Positions 12,770-33,406 of a DNA stretch of 64,000 bases are shown here, one piece after another. The DNA lies in assembly GCF_040938485.1 (NCBI RefSeq), contig NW_027271090.1, positions 558,001 to 622,000 on the forward strand. The letters run 5' to 3'. Below the pieces are notes generated by a model. The model was not told the origin of the DNA and ran no database searches. It saw nothing but the letters and a program-made list of their open reading frames with translations. Numbering within the stretch: position 1 is the first letter of the stretch; the number at the start of each line of letters is the position of its first letter. The translations under genes were made by a program, and so were the position numbers. This DNA is from Diadema antillarum. Taxonomy: Eukaryota.

Positions 12770-14370
12770 CCTTGTTTGTTTTGTTTGTTTGTTTGATTTA
12801 TTTTTCTCCCAACACAATTGCATACATAAATCAAGATTATTTTCAGTAATATCACATGGAATGTCAGTAAACAGATTACAAGTACATGATTCAAAGATGG
12901 AAAATCAATGTGTAAATTAATTATAATTTCATTAACAAAATATAAATCGTATTACGATTTTTCCAAATAATCATCTGAGAAATTATGCGGAAGAAGGACT
13001 GCCACTATAAGCAAAAGCTTGAGCACGTGGCAGCCCAGGGACCTATCTACATAATACACAAAAAAAAAATACATTGTTTGCGGAATGGAGAAATACTACA
13101 AAATATAAAACACTACAGATACATTATATTTTTATATTCCTAGCGCATAGATACGAATAAGAGTAACGTGAAATATGATGATGATGATGTATGATGATGT
13201 TGACAGGGTAATGATGAGGGAAAATGTGATAATGAAGATGAAAGTAATGCTGATGATGCTGAAGATAATGGAAATGAAATGAAATGATAGACACAGAAAC
13301 ATTGCGTACATTTATTGTAGTTTTAAATCCAATTTACAGGAAAAGCATTGCCATTGTTATTATTGTAATCTAATGTGGGCAAGTGCAAAGTGCAAAGACT
13401 AAACTCAACTATATTTGTTTATTACAAAAGAAAGCCATTCGTATCCGTACCGGCTGACAATATTTAGCCCATTTAAATTAGCTCTCAGCTAAAACATTGA
13501 ATACATTTGATATAAATGCATTTCAATGTTTGCTTTTATGTTTAAAAATTTGAATAATTTACTCCAAGATTTTTTTCACATGTTTCATGAGTTTTTAAAA
13601 CTGAATAACACTTATCATTCTTATCTCACTCGTAATTGTCCAAATTTTCATCTAGTAAATCCAAAGTTATCAATTGTTTAAAATACCATAAGACATAATG
13701 GACAACACCTTGTAATCATTTTTACAGATAACGTTAAATCATGTAAAACGTTATATTCTTTTAATGAGAGACTGAAAATTATGTCATTGTAAGACTACAA
13801 TCTGTGAACATCGATTTTGTTTTGTTGTGATCAGATCGTAACTGTGAAGTAGATTTGCAACAGTTACTACAATAAACAGAAATTATACATATATTCCTAT
13901 GCCTATCTACCATTTCATTTAATCACAATCACATTCATCTTCATGATTACATTTCCCCCTCATCATCACCCTTTCATCATAATCATGATTTTACCATACT
14001 TTTATTGGTATCTATGCATTGGAATATGAAAACTGAATGCATTAATATATGTTTACTTTTTTTCACTCCCTCCATTCTAATAAACTAAGTACGAAGCTAT
14101 GCGTAAATATGTTTCCTGGGCTGCCACTTGTTCAAGCATCCGCTTATAGTCATTATTCTGCATGATTTCTTAGGTAATTATTTGCAAATTTGGTAATGCT
14201 TTATATTTTAGTAAGGGAACCAATGTACACATTTATCTTTTCTCCTTTGAATAATTCCTTGATGTTTTCTAAGGTATTACTGAAAAGAATTCTGATTCAT
14301 GTATGACATCACGATGAAGAAAATCAATTAATCAATTATTCAATCAATCAAACAAACAAACAAACAAACC
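12770..14370. repeat. Long diverged inverted repeat pair, probably two LINE 3' ends in divergent orientation
   Basis: About 12770-13290 is the reverse complement of about 13900-14370 (e.g. ctataagcaaaagcttgagcacgtggcagcccagg vs cctgggctgccacttgttcaagcatccgcttatag). Each arm ends outward in a (CAAA)n tail. Confidence 0.65.
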
Positions 14371-15617
14371 ATAAGGAAGTTCAGTGATACTGCAGCTGAA
14401 AAAAAAAACCCTGAAAAAATATGATACTCTCAAGTCGGAAAATACCTTATTCCTTTGTATCTGTTTGTGTACTTGTGTGTTTATTGTTGACTGTTCGTTT
14501 GTTTGTTTATTTGTTGGTATTTGTTTTTGTTTTTGCTTCTTTTTCGATGGGGGATTTGATAAACACAATCACTGATAAAATCTGTATAAATATCAAAGCA
14601 GAATTAACCCTCTTCAACAAGTATAGGGTCCTTCACAAGATGGTCTGAGATTAACTTGAATGATTATCACAACGAATCATAAGGGTTGATTTGCAATTGC
14701 ACACGTCATGAGGCTGACTTGAAGGGAAAATGCAAAATCCAACAAAGGGAATAACAGATAAGTAATAACAGTTCACTCCTTTTCACGAAAATGCGTTGTA
14801 TATGTTATATGATATGTAGGCCCTAATATTTTATATATTGAGTTACTTGCAACAAAATATGTAAATTAGATGACATTGGCTAAGAAATCTCCTCCTACCC
14901 TGCACATAAAACTTCACCAATTTCCATGCAAGTAGTCATCATTATACGCTAAGCATTACGTTGTTTAGATCAGATCAAATTATTCTGTTGAGCAATGTCA
15001 TACAAGGCTACAATACACCGGTCCCATAAGGAGGCATCCGCAAAATCACTGTTCCCTGAACATTCACAGAAATCATAATCAGTTAGACAAACAAACCCAT
15101 ATAACTACGAATAAAAGACTACCTTGAGAAGACACAATGACCATATGTATCGCATCAAACTTACCTCTAGCTGTGTAACTCGTCGTAATCACAAACTCAT
15201 ACTGTGTATATAGGCTAAGCTGTTATACTACGTGGGAGCACACAGAACGACTATAAAATAGACTATAAAATGTGTCAGATCGCCCTTTTCCTCAACCAGC
15301 TGATATTTCGACACAGAGAGCAATGGCCATCATGGATTGCGAAATATATCATTCTATTTCCGTTGGGGGAATACCCACGCTTTGTAATTTCCACACTAGA
15401 CTACATAGATGGCATGAACCTTGCAGGATACTACACTTCAGTTGTTAAACATATTCGTCGTATTAAAGCACCTTGAAGCCGGCCACAAGATGCATACTGC
15501 GTACAAGGTGTAAGGTGGTCTAAATAGATATCCGTGCTCCATATTTTCCTATACACTTGTACCTGATTTCAGTCTGAGACCTACGACTGAACAAGATCGA
15601 TTTTATGCAGGCCTCAT

Positions 15618-15663
<46 letters not shown>

Positions 15664-16585
15664 TATATATATATATATATATTATAAAAATTATCATATC
15701 CTACTTTTCAAGATAACAGTAAATTACTACTCTAAACAAATCATTATTTTTGTTTTCACATCGAGACAGCTGTACATTCAGGTGGTGGTTTCACTTAATT
15801 CTTATTTTTTAATTTCTGTACCTTATGACATGTATGACTATTTTTTGTATGACATTTTCTTGAAAAATATGCAAATAAATTCAAACTTTTTACGCCTATT
15901 GTTTCAGGGAACAAATACCAATGTGAACACATCTCGCAATGGAGATAGGACTCCATGTAAGTACTGAGGACAAAATGAAAGGTAACATAGCAAGGTACAA
16001 AGGACAAAAGAAGTAAAGGAAAGAGAAGGAAAACTAGGTAAAGTAGGAGATCTATGTGAAGAAGACATGCTGACTCAAGTACATACAAGCATTATACCGT
16101 CAAGTCCATAACGAATTCTATGTGTGAGAATGTGTGTAAAGAGGCTCGGAACAGCGTTGCCAGGTCCTAGCAGAACAAAATTACCAGAAGACACGTGAAA
16201 AATTACCAAAACTCATCACACATCTCAAAATTTGGAAAAGTGTAGTTTTGGCTTCAGTTTCAAGACAAACACAAACTGGTTCATGACTGATCATGTCAAT
16301 AAACCATTATCAAACACTCTACATGATTACATTGCGCGAGTCTCGGTGCAGTTTGATCGTACTACACGTCGTGGTCACGCACACACATAATGCATAACGT
16401 GTACAATGTTCATGGATAATACTCGATGTGAATGTGTTTGTGTATCTGTGTGTGTGTGTGTGCTGAATGACAGAAGACGCACACGTTATCTTTGTACAGG
16501 CATTTGCAGTGCAATTTAAAGGAAGAACATTTGGGAAAATGCTTTTCGTTTTCATTATTGTGATTAAATTTCATTGGTCTCAATT

Positions 16586-16633
<48 letters not shown>

Positions 16634-16833
16634 TATATGCATATATGATTTTTATATTCTTACTTGCATATTTTGCAGTATATTGCATTGTATGATATTG
16701 CTTGTTTGTTTTTTAATAACTTTAGCTCGTATATTGTACATTTTTATGAGACAAATGAAGAAGAATTTTGATTGAATGAAATGAGATTGAATTGCGTCAA
16801 TCGATGTACCTTTTCAAAATCATGGGCGTATGT

Positions 16834-16903
16834 ACTCGACCAGGATTCGAACCTACAACCTCCTGATCTCCGGACAGGCGTCATCTCCACTAGACCACCG
16901 AGC
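16834..16903 (-). mobile_element. tRNA-derived SINE head (pseudo-tRNA cloverleaf)
   Basis: GCTCGGTGGTCTAGTGG...GGTTCGAATCCTGGTCGAGT has good A and B boxes and partial stems, but a T-T mismatch in the anticodon stem and no U33. Confidence 0.55.
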
Positions 16904-17006
16904 TTCCGCCCTACAGCAAGTGTTGATTCTAATCCTTCTTGACCGATTCGGGTTCGTTGAGGGCAGCAGACATTTTGTGGCACTGGGCGCAGACATTAGC
17001 TCAAAT

Positions 17007-17229
17007 TGCGGTGTCCCGGCCGACCCCCCCCCCCCCCTTCCTCTCCCCCACCCCCCGGGCAACATGTTTATCGCGCACTTGTAACAAAGGTTCGCGCACT
17101 AAGCAAGCATTCGCGCACTCAGTACGTGACGCCTATTGGCTAAAGTAACCATGCATCAGTTTTTCATTCCGTGCGCGTGAGAGGGGTGGGGGAGTGGGGG
17201 GGGGGGGGGGGGTCGGCTGGGACACCGCA
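17007..17229. mobile_element. Small foldback MITE with G/C-run TIRs
   Basis: TGCGGTGTCCCGGCCGACCCCCC ... GGGGGGTCGGCTGGGACACCGCA inverted termini. Confidence 0.7.
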
Positions 17230-17667
17230 GTGTCCATACCGATAATACATAAAGCGCGTCACAGAATCGGTCAATAGCATGCAGCGGGTACTGCGAAAAA
17301 TTTTAATTTAATTTTATCATGGCTACTACTAAAACACTGATCAATTCCAGTGATTATTTACGTTGATGTTGGGCAATTTGTCAATCAGTTGCAATTGCAT
17401 GATTTTTTTCAAGATATAACATTGATTAGAAAATTTGATTCAGTAGTAAAATTTGGGTGTGATAACAAGTCATGTTGAGCATCACTCAATAAATGAAGGC
17501 GATTTTCAGTCTTCAAAGAGCTTGAATCAATTACTGCATTTTTTTTTCTCGGAATACACAAAGAACATTTCGCCAGAAATAACTTTCTTGATCATTAGTA
17601 ATATCTACTGGATAGGGACATTTGATACGAACAATCCAATAAATTAGAGTTGAAATGAAATGGCACC

Positions 17668-17668
<1 letters not shown>

Positions 17669-17716
<48 letters not shown>
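17669..17716. repeat. (GT)n microsatellite
   Basis: Direct run of tg repeats. Confidence 0.95.
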
Positions 17717-17718
<2 letters not shown>

Positions 17719-20080
17719 CGTGTGTCTATAAAAGGCTCTCGTGTTACCAATAAAGGAAGCACTTAAATACCTTTGAGCCAGCTCCCATGGGACGGACGAA
17801 TGATAGCCCCCTCTGAATTATAACTAGGCAATGAGAATGAATGACCTTGCAGTCTGCTATACACCGCATGAACACCCGAACCACGAACCTTGCGGCTTAG
17901 AGTCCGTCGTTTTGTCCATTGGACCACATACCTTCTTAACGCGAACGTTGGAAAGCGCTCTATGTGAAGAGCTGCATTTTATCGATCTTATTATATCCCT
18001 CTGTGATATCGTGTTTACTTATTCTTTTTTTTTTATTCAGAAGGCCTACACAGTGAACGGACATGTTTCTGGAAATCGCAATCAATTTACACGGGTCTTG
18101 AACAAATAATTCTGATTTTAACAAAGGAGTCTAAAACTGTCATGTAGTCGTTGCACATAGAATTGATACGAGAATGTTTTCACGTAGTTTCACGTAGTTT
18201 CAAGTAGTCAGTCATTTTCAAAGCATGAATCTCCCAAATCTAGACAATATTCGTTTTTCATCGGGCTAGACTCTCAACCCATCAGTGATTATGTATTACA
18301 TTTTGTTGTAACATTCATCGTGCACATGGCTTGGATCACGGAAATAGGCATGATCTATTGAAATACTGTAATAGATCACACATCATGAAAATACTTTACT
18401 GTAGGTCAATAAAATTATTCCCGTCAAATGATAATGACAAAAATCGTGATGGTATAAGTAGTCTTTCAGTTTCCGTGTATTCACTTCACATAGTTGTAAT
18501 GTATCTTGGTTCTCTGGGATCACAAGCTGCAGACTGACAGTATGATTACAAACAAAGAGGTATATACTTGAGCAAACTTAAAACTGCGCAATGTATGGCC
18601 TCGCCTGAGACATAGATCATACGCGATAATTGCAAACCCGTGATCGCAAGTAATCTTTCAGTTTCTGTATATCATTAATTTGATATACTTATCTTGTGTC
18701 CTGCTTTCCCACGCTACAGGCTGACCGTACATGCTTTCAAACAAAGAGGTACTCGATCAAACTTAACTTGGACTCAGTGATAGTGAAGGAATGTACATGT
18801 AGTTGTCTTGTCATCCTTGTCACAGGTTTCTTTCAGACTGTGTTTAGACGACCTCACAATTCACACTCTGTCTTCCTTGTCAGCACACGTGGTAAGTTCC
18901 AACCGAGTTAGGGTGTGTACTAGCTGAAATTGGCGTTATGAATACATGCCGAGTGCAAGTAGATTTTAAGAGTTGTTAGGCCAACAGTTGGAAAACTGTA
19001 TTAAGCGTTTGCAGGTTTAATTGATGTTAGTTGTCATAAACTGAAACAATCAAACGGCAGTCACAGTGCGAATATAACATTAACGTACAACTATGGTGAC
19101 AGAAAAAAACCCCTGAAATTATTGGAAATAATGAGCTTGTAATTAGTGTGAATCGAGAATGGCGACAACGCATATCTCAGTAGAACGAGCTCTATCCAAA
19201 AATAAAACCGACGTTTATCATAAAAAAAAGATTGTCTTGAAATGGATATAGAAACTGTATCATGCCCACCATTTCCAAATAGATAAAGAAAAGTAGCGTT
19301 TAAATAAAACGACTTCTGCATTTCGATCTCATTGCTGCATTAACACTACACACCTTTATCTCCGCATATTACGTCTAGCATGGCACTGCGGAGACCAAGA
19401 GGAAATCTGTAGAGAAAGAATAATGGTCATGCTCTCCTTCGTGACGTGGAAACGCTTTTGTCAGAATACGTCAGTCCTGAAGGAGAGACCTCGCTACGAC
19501 ATAAATCTGATTTTGTAGTCTTTCGTCTAGTCCAAGAGCATTAGGTCAAAATAGGCTTAAACGTGGACATTTTTGGTAACAAGCTGATTTTTTTTCTTCA
19601 GGATAGATCCGGAAATATGTCTCGAATAACATACTTAAAGTCCTCATAAATCTTCCTTGAGCGTTTTCCGCAATCCAAGATGGCGTCCAAAATGTCCGCA
19701 ATTACCGGAAATTCTTTAACTTTTCAATCAGAGAAAACAAATACAAAATCTAAATGTCTAAAAATATTTTTTGAAGCATGTTGAACTCAACAAAATGCAC
19801 ATTAAGAGATGTCGACGCACGCAAGTACCGTAATCCAAGATGGCGTCCAAAATGGCCGCAATTTCATGAAATTCTTATAACCTTTCAACCAGAGAGCTGA
19901 AATACAAAAAGTAAATATCTGAATATACGTTTTTAAGGATGAAGAATTCAATAAAATACATATCAAGCGATCTTGACGCACGGACGTACATATTAAACCG
20001 CTCGAGCTGTTCCTAAAATGCAAAATGGCGTGCAAAATGGCCGACAGTAACAGTTTTATCTCCCATTAATGTAAATAAAT

Positions 20081-23000
20081 GTTTTGTTTTGTTTTATATT
20101 GTTCCATATTCCACATTTCAACAAATACATAAAACATAGACATCACGATACAAAAGCCTGGATGAATTGTCACGTACAGCTTATAAGACAATAAAACATG
20201 TGAAATATGAGGAATCTACATAGAAGCATTGCTTGTAGGGTGTAGATTCCCAGATGCGGATGTGAGATTATTTCTTACTTGGGTATGTAATTAAAGGAAT
20301 GACAATTTCTGAATTGGAGAAATATAAACGCCAAAAAGTAAAAAGAAAAAGAAAAAAGAAAACAATGAAAACAATGTCCGCGGCACAGACTTCTTGAGTG
20401 TTGCGTGATCACCCGAGCGAGGTACAAGTCAGATGCAGTGTACAATAGCAGAGATACCAAATGTGTACAAAGGAAGTTCAGGAGATAATACAGAAATCAC
20501 GAGCGAGGCACATGTTACATAATCGATAATGTCAGTAATGTGAAGTATGAACAGAGAATATCGAGGAGGATTGAAGAATAGCTATAGATATGAATTCAGA
20601 AAAACTAGTTTAAGTTTATGTTTAAATGAATAAAGAGACTGAGATTGGATTATTTCTCTATCCAACTCATTCCAAAATTTAGGTCCTGTAGTGGTTATTG
20701 TTTTTAAAGCAGATACGGTTCGTACAGGAGAAAGATGAAAAGAATCTTTTTGTCTAGTAGGGTAAGAATGAACTTCAGTATTTTTGACAAACATCGAAGA
20801 AAACACATTAGGGAGACCACCTGAGTTTAATTGATACATAAATGACCCGATATTAAAATGATATAAATCCTGGATCTTAAGTGTTCTACTGGAAAAGAAT
20901 AAGACATTAGTGTGTTCGAAAAATGTGGCGAAGTTAATTATCCGTATAGCTCTTTTCTGTATCAATAATAAAGAATTAAGTCTAGTTGTACAGCAGTTTC
21001 CCCATGCCAGGATTCCATAACCTATATAAGGCAAAAATAGAGTAGAATACAATGAATGCAGAACATGTTTAGGAAAAAACTGTTTTAACTTATACATAAC
21101 ACCTACATTTTTTGATAATAATTTACGCAAAGAATCAACATGAACTTTCCATGTCAACTTACAATCAATATAGAGACCAAGGAATTTTATATGTTCCACC
21201 TGGTTCAATTCTACGTCGTTTACAACCAACTTACCCGGTAAAATATTGATTATATTGCTAAAAACCATAAATTTTGTCTTGGTCAAATTCAATGACAATT
21301 TATTAGCCTGAATCCACTTAGATACTGATTTTAATTCAGTATTTACGGTATTCAGTAAAACATGAGGGTTTCGATTTGAATAAAAAATACTGGTGTCATC
21401 GGCAAAAAGTAGAAAATAGAGCAGAGAGGACGAACTGCGAAAGTCATTCATATAAAGAATAAACAATAAAGGACCTAAAAGGGATCCTTGCGGTACCCCA
21501 CAAGTTATAGGCTGTGAACTGGACACATGGCCATTCAAACTAACAAATTGAGTTCTTCCAGTAAGGTAACTTCCAAACCACTCCAAGGCCCTCCCACGAA
21601 TCCCATAGTGTTGTAATTTGTATAATAATATTTCATGGTTGATTGTGTCAAAGGCCTTGGAGTAGTCAAGAAAGATACCTACTGTATGATACTTGGCATC
21701 GATCGCTTTGATAATTTTCTCTATCATGAGTAAAATAGCATGAATTGTGGAATGCTTTTTACGAAATCCAAATTGATTTTCATCTATTACATTACAGTCA
21801 TTTAAGAATCGGAATACACGTGTGTACACAATCTTTTCAAGTAATTTAGAAAAAGAGGTTAATAACGATATTGGTCGATAATTTCCCAGTTCGTCCTCTC
21901 GGCCCTTTTTATATATCGGGATAACTTTAGTGATTTTCATCCTAGTAGGCACTATACCGTTCAGCAATGACAAATTAAATATATGGGCGAGAGGTACAAC
22001 AACCTCATGTATAACATATTTCAGAAGATAATTAGAAATTCCATCATAACCAGTACTTTTTTTGGCTTTAAGATTATTTACAATGTCAACAATTTCGGAT
22101 TCTAATACAGGCATAAAAAACAAAGATTGATTATTGCGATGACTTAAATACGTAGAAAAAGGTATATCCGTTTCCGGAATAACATCAGCTAAATTAGATC
22201 CAACCTTCACAAAATATGAATTAAACGCTTCAGAGATTTCATTATCATCTCTTAACTCGATGTCATTTACACAAATCTTATGGATATCCGATTTATTTCG
22301 TTTCTTCTGAAGAACATTATTAATAACTTTCCACGTGGATTTAATGTCCTTCTCACGGAGAAGAAACAGTGAAGAAAAATATTTCTTTTTTGCCTCACGC
22401 AACACAGAAGTAAGAACATTACGATAACTAGTATATTTGCTTTTTGCAGCATTAGTTTTTTGAGACTTGAATATATAAAAGAGCTTATTTTTCTTATTGA
22501 TAGACCTCAACAAAGATTTCGATATCCAGGGGGATCGTGGTATCTTTTTATAATTTGATCTAAATTGTGATCTTATCGGAAAATGAAAAGAGAAAAGAGG
22601 AGCGATCAGATCAACAAACTTATCATATGCATCATTAGGCTCATTCGCATTGAGAACCACTGACCAATCAATATTTAACAGGCTTTCCTTAAATCTTATA
22701 ATATTTTGTTCAGACATAACACGAGCTGTAGAATTCATTTCCCAAGTTGCAGGCTTAAAGCGATTTAGTATAAATGGACTGGAAGCAAACACTGGGAAAT
22801 GATCAGACACATCCGAAACTATTATACCTTGATCAGTTGGATAATGAATATTAGTGAATATATTATCAATAATTGTATACGCTGAATCAAATATTCTGGT
22901 AGGTTTAGTTATACACGGCGTAAAAGCATATGAAAACATAGTGTCCACAAAATCCTGGCAACAGGGCTTTTCGTGATACTGCAGTAAATCAAGATTGAAA

Positions 23001-23370
23001 TCCCCCATTAAAAAACAATGTTTATTATGCAAAGACTCAGAATTCAATACGGAATTCAGTACATCAAAAAAAGCAGTATGATTACAGTTTGGTGGTCTAT
23101 AAATCTCACCAATCAAAATATTCTTTCCAGCTGGTACGTCGATTTCAATAAATATGCTTTCAAAATCTTCAGTCATATGACATAAATTCTGAATCAAATC
23201 AAAATTAAATCCTTTCTGAACATAAAGAGCTACACCCCCTCCATGTTTATTTACTCTATTATTAAACACAAGAGAATATCCATCCAAATGAACTAGGGGA
23301 GATGACACGTCAGACAGCCACGTTTCGCACAAACCTATAACAGAAAAATCCACATTGTGTGTCAGTATAG
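20081..23370 (-). mobile_element. L2/CR1-clade non-LTR retrotransposon (5'-truncated, ORF2 + 3'UTR + (AAAAC)n-like tail)
   Basis: Uninterrupted APE-RT ORF, followed by a roughly 500-nt 3'UTR ending in aatataaaacaaaacaaaac. Confidence 0.85.
20582..23353 (-). CDS. LINE ORF2: apurinic endonuclease + reverse transcriptase (923 aa, N-terminally truncated)
   Basis: APE motifs IGLCETWL, YRPPN, MGDFN, SDHFP. RT motifs YRPISLL, NQFGFR, FLDYSKAFDT, GVPQGSLLGPLLF, LFADDT, FLGL. Confidence 0.95.
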   Translation of the reverse strand: MDFSVIGLCETWLSDVSSPLVHLDGYSLVFNNRVNKHGGGVALYVQKGFNFDLIQNLCHMTEDFESIFIEIDVPAGKNILIGEIYRPPNCNHTAFFDVLNSVLNSESLHNKHCFLMGDFNLDLLQYHEKPCCQDFVDTMFSYAFTPCITKPTRIFDSAYTIIDNIFTNIHYPTDQGIIVSDVSDHFPVFASSPFILNRFKPATWEMNSTARVMSEQNIIRFKESLLNIDWSVVLNANEPNDAYDKFVDLIAPLFSFHFPIRSQFRSNYKKIPRSPWISKSLLRSINKKNKLFYIFKSQKTNAAKSKYTSYRNVLTSVLREAKKKYFSSLFLLREKDIKSTWKVINNVLQKKRNKSDIHKICVNDIELRDDNEISEAFNSYFVKVGSNLADVIPETDIPFSTYLSHRNNQSLFFMPVLESEIVDIVNNLKAKKSTGYDGISNYLLKYVIHEVVVPLAHIFNLSLLNGIVPTRMKITKVIPIYKKGREDELGNYRPISLLTSFSKLLEKIVYTRVFRFLNDCNVIDENQFGFRKKHSTIHAILLMIEKIIKAIDAKYHTVGIFLDYSKAFDTINHEILLYKLQHYGIRGRALEWFGSYLTGRTQFVSLNGHVSSSQPITCGVPQGSLLGPLLFILYMNDFRSSSSLLYFLLFADDTSIFYSNRNPHVLLNTVNTELKSVSKWIQANKLSLNLTKTKFMVFSNIINILPGKLVVNDVELNQVEHIKFLGLYIDCKLTWKVHVDSLRKLLSKNVGVMYKLKQFFPKHVLHSLYSTLFLPYIGYGILAWGNCCTTRLNSLLLIQKRAIRIINFATFFEHTNVLFFSSRTLKIQDLYHFNIGSFMYQLNSGGLPNVFSSMFVKNTEVHSYPTRQKDSFHLSPVRTVSALKTITTTGPKFWNELDREIIQSQSLYSFKHKLKLVFLNSYL

Positions 23371-25501
23371 TTTATAAGAAACTTTATAGTTTATAAGAAA
23401 CTTTTTATTGAAAATAAATTCTTATGTGTAAAGAATACAAATAAAAACATTTGGATGTGAAAATCAAAGAGCGTGTCCTTGTAACGAGAGAAACATTTCA
23501 CTATCAGATTTGTTGCTAAACAGACAGCCTACCAGAAGGCAACATTTTGTTTGTTTTTTAACCACATGGTCTATTTTCGTCATCTCAAGCACATGAGATG
23601 AACATTTAGTGCAAGCTTCTTCTTTTTATTTTTGTATTTCAACGTCATTTGATGTCTACCATGAGGTGAGTTCCATTTGAAACGGTCAGTTATAAGTAAA
23701 ATGATTCTTTTTGGTGTCTGTGCTACATACATGTTCAAAATTAGTGCCTACAAATATACATGTGCTACAAAATAATGTGTAATTAATCACATCAAGACAG
23801 CAAATTTCTTTGGTGCAGTATATTGCTCCACTTAAAACATAGTGTCTAAATTGTCTTATTCATTTCATGTAGATTAGATAGCAATCAGAGAGTATGACAC
23901 TCATAGTTATTGGTACATGGAGGAGGGATACTCATCTCCCACACGAGGGATTTTTTTTTTACTCGAAAGTGAAACATATAGTGCAAACGTTTGATAAGAT
24001 ATAGAATTGCTTCCATCACAGAGTAGGAAAAGTATCCAGGGAAACGGGCAATGGGAGGGTGTTTAAGGGGGATCCCTCCCCTCCCCTCCCCCCCCCCCCC
24101 AAAAAAAAATGTTCGATATTTCGCATTTTCAGACTTGATATTCAGATATCTAATGCACCCTATTGGTGAAATATTAGATTCTTGTTTCCATCAAAAAAGG
24201 AACAAAAAGATATACAATCATGGCAATGTACGGTCATAGGGTTGCCCCCTCCCACACGAGGGAAAATTTCGTATTTTTAGACTTGAAATTCACAACTTTG
24301 CACCCATTTGGTGAAATGTCCGATATTTATTTTCTATTTAAAGACGTAAGGAAAAATATAAGTTCAGGAAAGCGTCGGGGAAGAGGAGTGTGGGAGGAGA
24401 ATACTGCACATTTAAGGGAACGATGCCGCTGGACCTTCTGAGTTGTTGAATCTTGAACATTACGTTGGATTTCTTTGTCTCTTGAAACAGGCTAGAAACA
24501 GCAATGCTTTGATAACCAAAATGGGGGCCATTTTGGGCAACATTTAGTTTTCGCGAAGAACTCGCGTGTTTTTTTTTTCTCTTTTTTTTTGTATTTACGT
24601 GCTTCATAATCTCTGAATAGAGTATTTCATTGGGTCCCTTTTGTCCCATATATATATCTAGACATTAAGATGCGTATGGCGGTTATTACCTAGTTGCAGA
24701 GCTATGAGAAAAACAAGAAATGGCAGCCATTTTGGACACCATTTTGGATTTCTGAAAGTGCTTAAGTGACTTATGTGTGTTCAAAATCTCTGAATAAGTA
24801 TTGTATTTGGTTCCTTGTGACTCAAAACGTATATTTCGACATTCCAAGTGTGTATAGACCTACAGGTGAAATCTACTTGCAAAACCATAAGAAAAAAAAA
24901 TCAGGAAATGGCGGCCATTTTGGACGCCATCTTGGATTATGGTACTTTCGTGCTTCAACAAATCTTAATATATATTTCATTGAGTTCTGAATGCTTCAAA
25001 ACATGTATTTAGACAGTTAAATTTTGCATTTGGGTTACCTGGTTGAAAAGCTATAAGAATTTCAGAAATTGGCGGCCATTTTGGATGCCATTTTGGATTA
25101 CGGTGGTTGCGTGCGTCAACATCTCTTAATATATATTTCATTGAGTTCTTCGTGCTTCAAAAGATATGTTTAGACATTTAAATTGTGTATTTGGGTTTTC
25201 TGGTTGAAAAGTTATAAGAATTTCCACAAACGGCGTCCATTTTGGACATATTTCTGGACCTATCCTGAAAAAAAAAAAATCAGCTTTTTACCAAAAATGT
25301 CCAGGTTAAAACTAATGCTCTTGGACTAGTCTTCATAGATCATTACCTCCATATTAGAGGATTTCTTGTTCTGCACTAGCAACGAATGAAAAGTATGCAC
25401 GTATCAGTATGAATGCATGTAGGCCACAAATTTGCAATTTTATCAAAGAAATAAGCGGATAAGAAATAGTTTATTTCGGTTGGCAGATTGCGGCCTGCAC
25501 A

Positions 25502-33406
<7,905 letters not shown>

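Larger units (their letters stand above)
19528..25328. mobile_element. Non-autonomous Academ-like DNA transposon with long TIRs, carrying a nested LINE
   Basis: Ends are gtc|TAGTCCAAGAGCATTAG ... CTAATGCTCTTGGACTA|gtc (TAG..CTA termini, 3-bp TSD GTC). The inverted arms are several hundred bp long and carry repeated CCAAGATGGCGTCCAAAATGGCCGC motifs. TAG termini with a 3-4 bp TSD are characteristic of Academ. Confidence 0.7.

Noticed and set aside
16834-16903. Functional tRNA gene
   Set aside because: There is a mismatched anticodon stem, no U33 and a weak T-stem. It is better explained as a SINE head; tRNAscan-SE would settle it. The same applies to 6561-6622 and a weaker minus-strand match near 17870-17935.
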